From: Raillietiella orientalis
Lineage: Eukaryota
NCBI GenBank assembly: GCA_036172245.1
Contig: JAYWIR010000037.1
Coordinates: 1,550,001-1,614,000, forward strand
Reading direction: 5' to 3'
Length of the DNA: 64,000 bases
Under the pieces are notes generated by a model. It had not been told where the DNA came from, made no database searches, and worked only from the letters and a program-made list of their open reading frames with translations. Positions 1 through 11,000 of this stretch are shown piece after piece. The position numbers and the translations under genes are program-made. The first letter of the stretch is position 1. Each line of letters starts with the position of its first letter.

Positions 1-1562
1 CGGCTCCCTTGTCCGCTCACTCATTTTTGTTTGTGCGCCACCCTACGAAGAGAAACAGAGGGCTCAGTGTTTGCTGAAGAGCGCTCTCCGGGGACCCGCA
101 AGGTCCAGGATACGCCTCAAAGACTTGGAGGCTCCGCGTCGGCATGTCGGCTCAGGCATCCTGACTCTGGAACGATTCGGGCTGCGAGTGCAGCTCCGAA
201 TGCTGTCCCTGTGTGCCCAGTTGTGGACTACCCTGTTGTGGGCGCCTGTACGCTTCAACCTGCAGAGATGCGCCGACAGCGAAGAATTGCTCTCGCTGCT
301 GACGAGCTTGAGTTACAGTATGCAGGAGTTCGGCTCCCACCTGAGGCAACTCGCCTTTCTAGTAAAAGCCCATCCGTTGATCTCCTGCCGCCCAAAGAAC
401 TTTAACGCGTGGAGGAAGGAGACTTTTGAATCCTGGGCTGCAATTAAGGGAATTCGCTCTGAAGGTCTTCACCCTCTGAGGCATTTGTTGCCATGACCTC
501 TGGAAGTGGTGGTGCAGGACGGGGTGAAGTTTTCGACCCTCGCCTCCATACCCGTCTACGAACCGCTGTCTGCCCTCAGGGCGAGAGACGATATTAGCCA
601 AGCGGAGAGGTGGGAGTTTTCTTGCACCACCGTGGTAAAAGCCTCCTCCTCCTCGGTTCCTGGAAGATGCGTGAGTTGGTGGATGCTGTCACTCAGCGTT
701 CTGTAGCGAAGGAACTCCTTCTGTGGGGCGAACTTTTGAGTATTGCTCTTGAAGTACTCGTGGTTCCTTCCCATTGTATGGACGCTTACTTGTTCCCCTT
801 TGTTCGGAAGCAAGCCGTGCTGCTCTTCATCCACTGGGAATTCCAGTGTAACGAGCGACGGCATCGAGCTTCCGGAGGGGTTCCATCTCCGAACTGTGCC
901 AGGTGCGGGTCGACGGAGTAGGTACTGCACTTGCTATTGGACTGCGGTACCCTCCAAGAACTGTGGCGGAAGCTAGCAACAGCACTCCTGTACGAGGAGG
1001 ACACCGTCCGAGACGTCCTGCAGCGATTCTTTGCTCCGAAAGTCCTCTCGATGGACGCTGTTATTGCAACCATGAGCTGCATCCGTGCCATCATTGGTGC
1101 CCGACAGGTACCAGAAACCATCACGCAGCGAAGGGAGGTCACCAGTATGGCAGCCACCTACATCAAAACAGCTGCAAGTAGCCTCACCTGGAAGAGGAAG
1201 CGATGAAGGAGATCACCTGCATCCACCGCCGGTTGATGGACGGATAGGAGCGGCGGACCCAGTGATCCTTGTCCCTTTCCTTTTTTTTTTCTTCTTGTTC
1301 TCCATTCCTGTTCTTTCTGTAACTTTCCCGGGGCTCTTTGTTCTCATCTCGGCGCATACAGAGCAAAAACAAAGATCCCTGTATCTTCCCACTCATTTTG
1401 TTTTCTTTTTTGTTGTCTTGGGCTCTCCACGTTCCGGACTTTCTGTTGTCCCGGTCTGCGTGCCAGTGAACTCTCTGCTTTGTTTCTTGCTGTCGTCAGT
1501 TGGGAACCAAACCACTGCTTTATTTTCATAAAATCAACTATGCGGCGTGACTGGGTGAAAAA
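1..1562 (+). mobile_element. L1/Tx1-like non-LTR retrotransposon, degenerate ORF2 C-terminal part plus 3' UTR (runs off the window's left edge)
   Basis: Broken reading frames give RSRIRLKDLEAPRRHVGSGILTLE (post-RT motif) and a CCHC knuckle PNCARCGSTE*VLHLLLDC..LW at about 890-970. Stop near 1206, then a pyrimidine-rich 3' UTR ending cataaaatcaac...gcgtgactgggtgaaaaa. Colinear with 55253-56775; the C-terminus aligns with 42722-43230. Confidence 0.8.
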
Positions 1563-2815
1563 CTTCGTTGTCAAGCAACCATTTGCACAGTCTTTCAGCA
1601 GGACATTTTGCGTTGAGTTGATAGGTAGATTTACTTGTGGATTTTGGAATCCATCTGGAGACGTCAGTAGCAAGAAGATTCAACAGAGAGAAAGAATATA
1701 TGCTCTCAAGAGTTCTTGTGCGTTGTACAATTGAACGAGACAGCATGCAGTCTAAAAATCCAATACACAGGAGTAGCACATACAGGCAAGAGATGCAAGC
1801 AAGAGTAAGGAAGTGAGACTGGAAAATGAATGAGGCAAGATCGCCGTGAATTATGAAATGCTCGGAATAACTGAAGAAAAACTTCTCAGCGACTTCACTT
1901 GTAAGACCAACTATAGTCAGAAAGCAATGTCATCGAAAGCACTTAGAGCTGCAGTGGTTTCAGTCGGAAGAAGGAGAAAATTTGGACTTTTCATGTGATT
2001 ATAGCAATTAGCGAATAGAGTTGCAGCCAATACACCTTATTTTTGATATTGATAAATGATATTGTTTACATTTTGAAGTATTGCTCTGAAGACAGAGGTA
2101 TGTTCAAGTGATATCCCATGCCCGGAGATTCCCAAGCTTAATTTTTTCTGGAATATTCCATGAGCTCCCTCGTGTGTTTTCGTTTTTCTTCAGATAGCAG
2201 CGTGATAAATGAATACTGAAGAGGAATTACATTTATCAAATTTACACCGAGATGTGAAACTGCATCTCTGTTAATCTAAGCGTACGAGCCGCAGTGGAAG
2301 CTCAAAGCAGGAAAAGGCCAAAAAAACAAAAAAGAAACTGGAAAACCCCAAGTGAGGAAAAGTTTATGCGTTTCTGAGAGGAAGCCAAACAGTAGGTTGC
2401 GGGAAAAACTCGTCAAGAGGAAAAAGAAACAGCCGCTTTATCCTGAGCAATGCAAATAACATACATCTTTACTGCACATCTTATTTTGTTCGCTACTGTA
2501 ATGTGTACGGTGCACAAGTAGCAAAACTCTAAAGATTGAGAAGGAGAAACTGGGAGTACCACTTTAGTACTCTTTAATATTCCTTTCGATTTTTTACACA
2601 TCACTAAATTTTCAAGAAAACCCTGCATTTAGGACTACAAATGTAACTTCCATAATGGAATGAAGATGACCTGTCATAGAATTTCCGAGTCATCCTAGGT
2701 CACCGTCATTATTCACGACATTCATGATTTCCAGGCCATTATTCTAATTTTAGAGGGATGAACAACTGATAAAGGACAATTTTTGTGCGGAAAACGCTGA
2801 GTAGCGTTGCATACA

Positions 2816-3089
2816 ATGACTGGACGTGGTAAGGGTGGTAAAGATCTGGGAAAAGTAGGTTCAAACCGGCTGTCCGCCGTTTTGCTCGCCGTGGCGGAAT
2901 CTCCGGACTGGCCTACGAGGAAACCTGTGGTGTCTTGAAAGTGTTTTTGGAAAACCTGATCCGTGATTCTGTCACTAGCACCGAGTACGCGAAGAGAAAG
3001 ATCGTGACTGCAGGAAGATCACCATTGCTATGGACGTCGCGTACACCTTGAAAAAACAGAAACGTACGCTGTACGGATTCGGCGTCTAA
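2816..3089 (+). pseudogene. H4: Histone H4 pseudogene
   Basis: Reads [15 protein letters not shown] / [50 protein letters not shown] / [19 protein letters not shown]. It lacks residues ~16-30 (with a frameshift) and V43-R45, carries a 17-nt diverged duplication near R78-A83, and has many substitutions. Confidence 0.95.
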
Positions 3090-3875
3090 GGAAAAAAAAA
3101 ATTCAGCACTGTAGTTACGCGGCCCTCGTCGGCGGCCGCTGCGGTCTCCGTACGTGGCACCAAGTGTTGAGGGTTCGAATCCCCACGTGGAAGATCGACT
3201 CCGAGAAGAGAATGCGTCGTGGGTTTCGAGTCACCTCTGCAAGATAACGTTGGTTGACTTATGGGTTTCGGATGTCCCACTGGTGGAAGCCAGGAACCGG
3301 GGTCCTTCCTGGAATCCAGGAGTCGTAGGTTCCCTCCGTAGTTACCCTCCGTTGTGCAAATGGGACCGTACCTCCCCTTCGGGAGGAATCTCCAATCGAG
3401 TACCATGGAGCTGGTGGGTCGATCTTCTCCAGAAAGTAAAAAACTGCTCGGCTCCCTTCGGGGCTCTCTTCAGAGTAAAGAAGAAGCAGTTCCCTTCAGA
3501 GAAGAAATCATAGAGCTGCTCCCTTCAGGGGGTCACTCCGGAGAGAATAAGGAAGAGGTTCCCTTCGGAGTTACCTTCGGAGACAACCAGGGTGATTCCC
3601 TCAGCAGTTCCCTCCCAAGAGTAAGAGGGGCGGACTCCTTCTTCCCAAACCCTTTCCCCGATCCATGGGATGATCCCATATGAGGTGCCTCCTATCTCGA
3701 AGAGCTGCTACATGCACTCTCAGGTGGTGTGGAACAAGGTTGAAGACTTCAGTGAGCCGATAGGCGAACGGTTCCTCAGTACTTGGCGAACCAAAAAACA
3801 AGAAACCTCAAGGAAAAAGAAAACCTGAGTGGAAAGCAGCGAAAAAAAAGAACCCCAAAGGATTTCCATCATCGA
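3090..3875 (-). repeat. Unclassified dispersed repeat 'unit A', copy 1 (possibly the 5' UTR plus ORF1 start of a LINE, or a non-autonomous element)
   Basis: Colinear with 47520-48560 and with 55210-55252 plus 56776-57510. Shares the cgtggcacc..ggttcgaat motif, gggtccttcc.ggaat, repeated cccttcrgr motifs, an A-rich tract and terminal ttccatcatc. The minus strand reads as a decayed P/S/G/E-rich ORF (ESAPLTLGR). Strand assignment is tentative. Confidence 0.75.
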
Positions 3876-6800
3876 CACTGGATTTCAGCTCGGGTACGTC
3901 GAAAGCTAACACAAAAGACACAGTGGTTTGCACCCAGGAAGAAACACGAGACTACCATCCGTGGTTTAGCAACGGAAACCTCCAAGAATGATTTTGCGTT
4001 GGAATCCTGAAGCAGCTCCAAGTGTGGAGGAAGCAGAACTCCCAGAACTTTTCGACTGGGTTTTGTTTCTTGCAGGCTCACATATCAGAGATGACAGATT
4101 AGAAAGCCTCCTGAAATATGTGCACAATGCTTCTCTTGTAGGTTAGTTCCCATTAATCCGTCTGCTCCAAACTATAAATTATTATTAGGAAATTATTCGC
4201 TCTTATGAATAGATGATCGTAGACTTGGATGTATGAATAATAGAAAAATTTCTGTAATCTTTATCTTTTACAAATACTGGTTTTCACAAGTGCTCTCCTT
4301 TATCTGCTGCAGCAGTTCTGTTGTGCGATATCTTTTGGATAAAGCTTATCCGACTGTAGCGAAATTCATGCTCTCTCTCCTCTAGTGTGAAATTCCTTAT
4401 TTTTCACGCAATTTCCCGTTCTAATCGTTATCCTGGTGCTCAAACGTTTTCTTGCCAGGAACAGGAATCGCAGTTCGTTGCCATCCTTCGCCTGCAACCG
4501 CATACTACGTTCACAAAGAGAAAAAAAATTGAGAAAAATAAATTTTTCAGCGCATCGCTTCCTTTCCATTCTAAGCTGCTAGCTCTTTGAGTTTTCTGGT
4601 TTTCTGGATTTCTGTAGAAGGCGCGGCGAAATCACGTGGATACATCGTCCCAGAGAGGGTGAAAGGCAGGTTCGTGTCCTGCCGGGGTCGCACCCATATC
4701 CGCAGCTGGTCTGCAAGGTGGAGGTCCTCCCCACCCGTGTAAACGCTTCGGCTGTACATATATTGAAATTGGATGCATCATTCCATCTTCAGTTAGAGTT
4801 CTTTCTGTTCTCAGCCGTTTCACTCACTGACACCTCATGATTTGGATGCCCCGATTTCACAGAGAATGTGCATTCCTGATGGGTTCTGTTCACCCTTTTG
4901 GACTTTGAATAAAGTGAAGACCTGATTCTTGCTGCAAACTGGTGGCGCATATGAAATGCAGTCTTATAGCGTGAACCTCCGCTGCAGCCCTGGATACGTT
5001 CCTCAGGCATCATTTGCAAGCAGCTTTCAAATCGCTTATTGTGGTCCACACTACAGATTACAATGAATAACCAGATTTTTTTTTTCCATGCCTGTGAAGG
5101 TGTTTCCTTAATTCGTGCTCTGAGATGCAGATGCTCCCTGATCGTGATGAGGAAAAACTCAAGTACCAGACCTGTGTGCGGTACTCTTAGTACGGGCTTT
5201 TGAGCTTTTACCCGAAAGCATATCTTTCTCGTGACCTGTTGGCTTCATCTAATGAACACTACAGCATGTAGAATAAATACATGAGTACTTTTAAACATGG
5301 ATACATATGTGGGTCTGTGTGCAATGACAGTATAATTTACTCACACAAATTTACTCACAATGAGTAGTGCTTCCGATCCTTGGCAGCATCACGTTTTAAA
5401 AAAAGTGCCGGCAAAAGTGAGGAGATTTGAAGTTCAGAGAAGAAATTGAAACTTCCATGTATGTATTTGTTGTATCCCGAGGTTTTCTCTACTTCCTTTT
5501 TCATGTATACAGTTGAAGTACACTTTCTTTCATTCATTTGTAACTTCAACTTACAAACCTCATGTAACTGAGACAGAATTTCGCTTGTGAAAATGCTGCT
5601 CATTGAATAAATCCATTTCCAAAGTCTACTTTTCTTTTACGTCATCGTAAGTTATGCTAAATTCATTCTTTTCCTTGATATGAAATGTACTTTTCGAGTC
5701 TCATTTAGCATATACTATACGTATAATACCTGTAAACAACCTTCCCATTTCTCTGAGTGCTTTTCTTCCCCTATACTTGCTAAGATAAGTACAGAAAAAT
5801 ATTCGAAGCAAACTTTAATCATCAAGCAGTCCTAACGTTCTTCAACACTTATATTAAACGGATCTTCATTTGACGTTTAAGTATCATTCACTGAGTTCAG
5901 CATACCGCAAGACATGTGGTGTTTAATCTGGAAACCAGATACACGCTTTTTATTAATGGAAAACGCTTGAAGACAGCTTTTTCGAGTTTTGTTATAGATT
6001 TTCGGAATGTATTTTTCGGGATGGAGTGGGGGGGGGGGAATCACTGAAGGATTTCTGACTTTGTCGATTCACTCTTTAATGATAGTTTAACTGTCAATGC
6101 TTAAATATCCGCTTTAGGTGTTTGCTAAACCCGCCCTGAACCTGTTTTCGATAATTCTAATCTCCAGAGAGGTGCTAAGAAACGAGCTTAAAGAATCGTA
6201 GGGCTCAAGTGCTCAAGGCTGCGTAATTGCTCCCCACAACCCAGGAGTTTCACCAGTCTCTTCTTTCGCACGTCTGGAGAAATATATTGCTGTGCTGAAG
6301 GGGAATCTAATACGAATGTATTTCCTTCGTCCAGGAGAATGACAATTAGAGGCACTGGAAGCATTTCGTCTATTATGCACATTATGGTTATAGTTAACGT
6401 GAAGGTCACCAATTATGCTAAAGCCTTAGTATGTACCCTGTTAGCCGATGGTGTTTGATTCACAATGGGCATGGATAGGAAAGTGGTCACAGGAAAGTGG
6501 TTTAACGACCATTAACAACGGAGCGAGAGGCAAAACAGTGTTTGGAAATCTTGTCCACTACAAAAACATTTGCCATGCAGCCAAGTTTATCGGCTCAGAG
6601 ATCCCTTTTGCTTCTATTACCGATCCTTGAAAAGCAAAGTAGCAAGGAGTTGTTCATTCTCATGTATTTGTGGAAGGGAGCCATGAAAAAGCGGGATCCG
6701 AGATTCAGAGAGTTCGTTTGCTGCCAATTTCACAATTTTTGGTCATTCCTGCTTGTGACTTCCACGCCAGAAATGTGCCTTGATCTCTAGTATGGACTGA

Positions 6801-6949
6801 ATGAATTCGAATGCAGCAACACCTTGAGAGATGCTTGACCTTTGGCATGTGGCTGCCATGGCTGCATCTGTCGATACCCAGCATATCACAAGGCAATCAA
6901 ACTCTCGCTCTTTCACCAGGAATAAAGCAAATTCGAAGGGCTGAATTAC

Positions 6950-9900
6950 CAAAGGGAATCAGTGTTTTTTCGAAAGTGTTTACAGCTACGTTACAAGTGT
7001 AGCAGAGCTGGTTTTCAGAAACAGTGTAGCAGAAAGGAATCTTTCACGATCATTTGACCGAAATGCCCACAAATTGTCGAGAATGTTCTAAAGAAACGTT
7101 TTCTTGCACTTTTGTGATAATGTGTTCTGCTGAACCAAATTTTCGAGCTGAGGGTTTTCTTAAATTATCGGTCATCTTCTAGCATTTCCTAGAATGCATT
7201 TTTCTGAGCATGATTTGATTTTTTCGACTTTCATTCCATAGTTCTTAGGAGCAATTATACAATAATAAACCTATTTGGAGTTTTAGATGGGATCAACGTG
7301 TAATCAAAGCATTCACTTAATTTCATCTAAAATATGCAGCCATCGCGATCTAAACAAGTAACTATCCTCCAATATTTTCACATTCGTTCCTCCTACGTTG
7401 GCTTCATGCCTGCAAGAAAATCGGCATTAATCTGCGTAATAGCACCCCAGTCCACAATATGCAGTTGATAACTAATATAAAGTGGTGCGGATGACTCTCT
7501 TGAAGGGCGATCCAGCCAAGGGCGTAATCCGAGGAATGCAAAAACCAGTTTGCGCCATGTTTTGCAAAACACATCTGACATCACTACTGATAACTATAAA
7601 TCGTTAACAATCCCTTTTTCTTTCAAACTGCGAATAGAAATGAGTACAGAATAACTGATCGAAAGAAATATATGCATATGTGATATGTTGGGAAGTTGCG
7701 TAACTTCCCAACTCTTCCTTATCAATTGCGAAAATTTTCTGGTGTGCCTGAAACCTCAGCCAAAGGTGCACTTCATCCTCCTTTTCTTTTCTGATACAGT
7801 TCCATCATGAAAGGATAATTCTGTCTGCAATCAACTCGAGTTCTTCTTGGAGAAAACTTGTGTGTCTCCTGCGTAAAAAAAAAGAAACGAAGACGAGGAA
7901 ACGCATGCTCCATACAAACTGATCTCACAGAACACACACGTGGATCTTCTGTGTGAAGGAAGGAATCTCCCTTAGGCAATAAACTGCCTGTCTGAGTGCT
8001 CCAAAACATGGGACAATGTAGCAATCGCTTACATACATCTGCTTGGATAACAGCTGCTTAACATCTCTATTTTCTTTTTATCATTCTTAGAGAAAATCGA
8101 AAACCCCATTTTCTTTGGTTACGCTTTCCCCATTTTCAAAAAAATGAGCCACGACTGTCTAGAAATACATTTCCATTTGGTTCTGGCATCTCTTCGCAAT
8201 ATTCGGAAAACCTCACAAGAAAAAGCGGCGAGTACACTCACTGGTCATCGAACACCTTCAGCAGCTCTTCCAGATGAAAGAAAAACCAATTCTCCATTTG
8301 GTGAGAATTCCTCCTTTGGAAATACCTCCTTCTGCGCAGATTTCATTTGAAACAGCTTGCTATGATCATCGAGAAAGCGTTCGGCATCAGAATCCCTTCT
8401 TAAAAAAGGATGCGTCGGGATGACATAGCAAACATCATCATGACACCACTTTGAGAAATCTCATAAACGTCGTTTCTGCATCAGTGAGAGAACTGATAAG
8501 GATTTATTGCCACGTCTCTTGAGGAAGAATATTCCAATACTCCGGTTCATTGAGATGAGCCTTACATAAGGAATGGAATCGCCTGCCTTCCATTTTTTCC
8601 TTGCCGCTCAAATAAATTTAAATCTTTTCTACCCCCTCTGACGCCAGGTCCTGCAGGAAGTGCAATGAAGTGCTGATGTGGTTTTCCAGCTTAATTCTTT
8701 AATCACAGGAACATTTTGATCTTTAATTGCTTTTGAGATTATCGTTGCACTCGAATTTATCCGAAAACTCACAGAAAGACGATACTGATCAATTCTAGGG
8801 TGCTCGTGAAAGTATTCATGAGTAGCTGGTGATGATGGAAACGGACAGTTTGAATGTTACTGGTTGCTAGTAGCACACTTCTCCCTAAATGTCTCTCCAC
8901 AGTTTGGAAACTCTGCTCTTTTCTCATCTCTAACTCGATCGATTTCCTCACACGTGTTTGTGTCACATTTATACTTTAAAAAAGTCAAAGTAATCAGAAT
9001 AGGATTCCTTCAGGGTTGCTCCAACTGCGAGTTCTCGCAGTTGGAGCAACCCTGAAGGGATCGAAATGCATCAAAGCATGGAAAAAATTGAACAGGGAGA
9101 TGAACCATTTCTATGTTCAGTTTCATTCCGTGCTTTAGGTTTTCTCATATGGTTCTTATCTTGCGGTCCATTCTGGAAAACTGCAACTTCTTCGTACTGT
9201 TGCTGCTGAAAACTGCTGCTGTCCCAGTATACTGGCATGGTGTTGAGGACACATGCATAGCTTCATCAATATGGGAAGAATTTCTGGATACTTTATTTGT
9301 CAGAAGTGATGAAGAGAGAAATTGCAAATAAATCCCGCAAATTTGGTTGTCACCACGAAAAGAGTGGTCAGCGTTTCTTCAGATACACTAGAAGCATTAT
9401 ACGGAATGCGAATGCGAGTATAAGATGAAAGCATTTGCCAAACAAATATATGCGCACAGAGCACTCAAAGGGCTAAGAAGACATCCGCGAAAGACGAAAA
9501 AGTTGCGCGAAAGACGCTGATGATGTATTTTATAAGCTATCTTCGATGAGACCGAACAAACAGCCATATGAAAATAAGAGCTTATTTAACAGCACAAAGC
9601 ATTCGGTGACTTGGAATGAAATCTTATCTCTCTTTTGCGGAATCTGCATGCGCATCCATTGATGGAGTACCTTTCAAATCTCACCGGCTCAAGCGAAGGA
9701 CCGCACACATTCTAATCATCCGAAGCAGAAATTGGAGGAGAAATTGAACATGAAGAAGCAGGAATCTTGCCTTTGATTCTCTGATGTCCTTGCCTGTGCT
9801 CTTCCACCTTCTTAACATAGGAAAGTTCTCATTCCCTCTAGATGGGAATGATAGATGCGAATTGATTGATCTTTTTTTCTTCCATCCACAAGAAAGACTC

Positions 9901-11000
9901 TGAAACTGCTGGCCACTCTATTGATAGCTTGAGCACCTCCTCCTACCTCCGAAATGAAGCAGTTCCACAAACTCTCAAATAGTCCACTTTCCGCTTTGAT
10001 CGCTTTTACTCGCTCTTTCAAGAAACCAAAGACTGCACTGCTTCTGTCATGGAAGTCCACCCATTGCTGTGCGATGGCTAAGAGAAATTAAGAGGAAGAC
10101 ACCCACCTTATCTCGTGTTTCGAGTGTCGCTCAAGGAATTCAGTAGTGTGCCTCAAGGAAGAGAGGTAAACCTCGAGGAGGAGACTAGGAGCACTTTAGT
10201 GTAGCAATCGCATCTGCTTCGACGTATTGGAAAAAACAGAAACCAGGTTTCCGATATATATAAGCCAAATTCTCATGTGTGCTCTACCACTTGTGAACAC
10301 CTATTGCCGCTTCACTCTTTAAGATATATCATCTGAGTCTGTCTAAAAGTATGAGTCCTGGAGCATTCGGATGAAATCTCAAAACTCCTTCTAACTGAAG
10401 TCTTCCATATCAATGCACCTTGAGAACTTACGTGGATCTGACCCTCAAACTCGCTAGGGCGCATCAGAATTTGCCTAAAAAGGCTGTTAATGAATTTGTT
10501 GAACTGATGAAATGCGATGACGAGTGACACCTGAAAATTAAGATCTTGGTGGTGTTCGTGATCACAACATCTCTCACGATAGTCTGATCGCACATCATAT
10601 TGAATAAGCTTAAACTTGCTCTTTCCTAAAGAGGACAATATAAACCTAAGAGCGCTTTTGCACGCCAATGCTGAGCATACTTTTTCATATGCCTCGGCTG
10701 TACTTTGAAAAAACATCTAAGAATACCTTTGGTGGAAATTCATTCTATTTTCCAGAATCCAATCCTCGTCATCGTCACTCAGTAATTCGTACGCAGATCT
10801 CATTCACACACACTCTTCAGCTTGTTTGTTTTTTTTTTCTTTTCCATGAGAGGTGCACCATAAATCGTGTTACACCACCACAGTTACACCACCTACGCAC
10901 TCGTATTTCCAGGTTGCGTGAGGTCTTCGAATTCACTCTGTCACAATTGCCGGGGAATCCCAACGTGCTAATAGCGAATTATTTGGCGATAAGGGTGTGC
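6950..11000 (-). mobile_element. Very degenerate CR1/L2-like LINE remnant (endonuclease and RT traces)
   Basis: Minus-strand traces in the expected order: GGG(A)-type endonuclease motif near 9935, PVSVL (RPISIL-like) near 8235, GF near 8105, LRQA (DL.KAF-like) near 7990. Many stops and frameshifts. Confidence 0.35.
9003..9062. repeat. Near-perfect 60-bp palindrome (29-bp arms, 2-nt spacer)
   Basis: gattccttcagggttgctccaactgcgag TT ctcgcagttggagcaaccctgaagggatc, with one mismatch between the arms. Confidence 0.95.

Noticed and set aside
2341..2360. 16-mer gaaaaccccaagtgag shared with about 58694
   Set aside because: May mark another repeat family, but I could not extend the alignment convincingly.
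6448..6900. WAWIGKWSQESGL..FGNL..IPF faintly resembling an ionotropic receptor segment
   Set aside because: Stops and frame changes, no convincing splice structure, and similarity too weak without a profile search.
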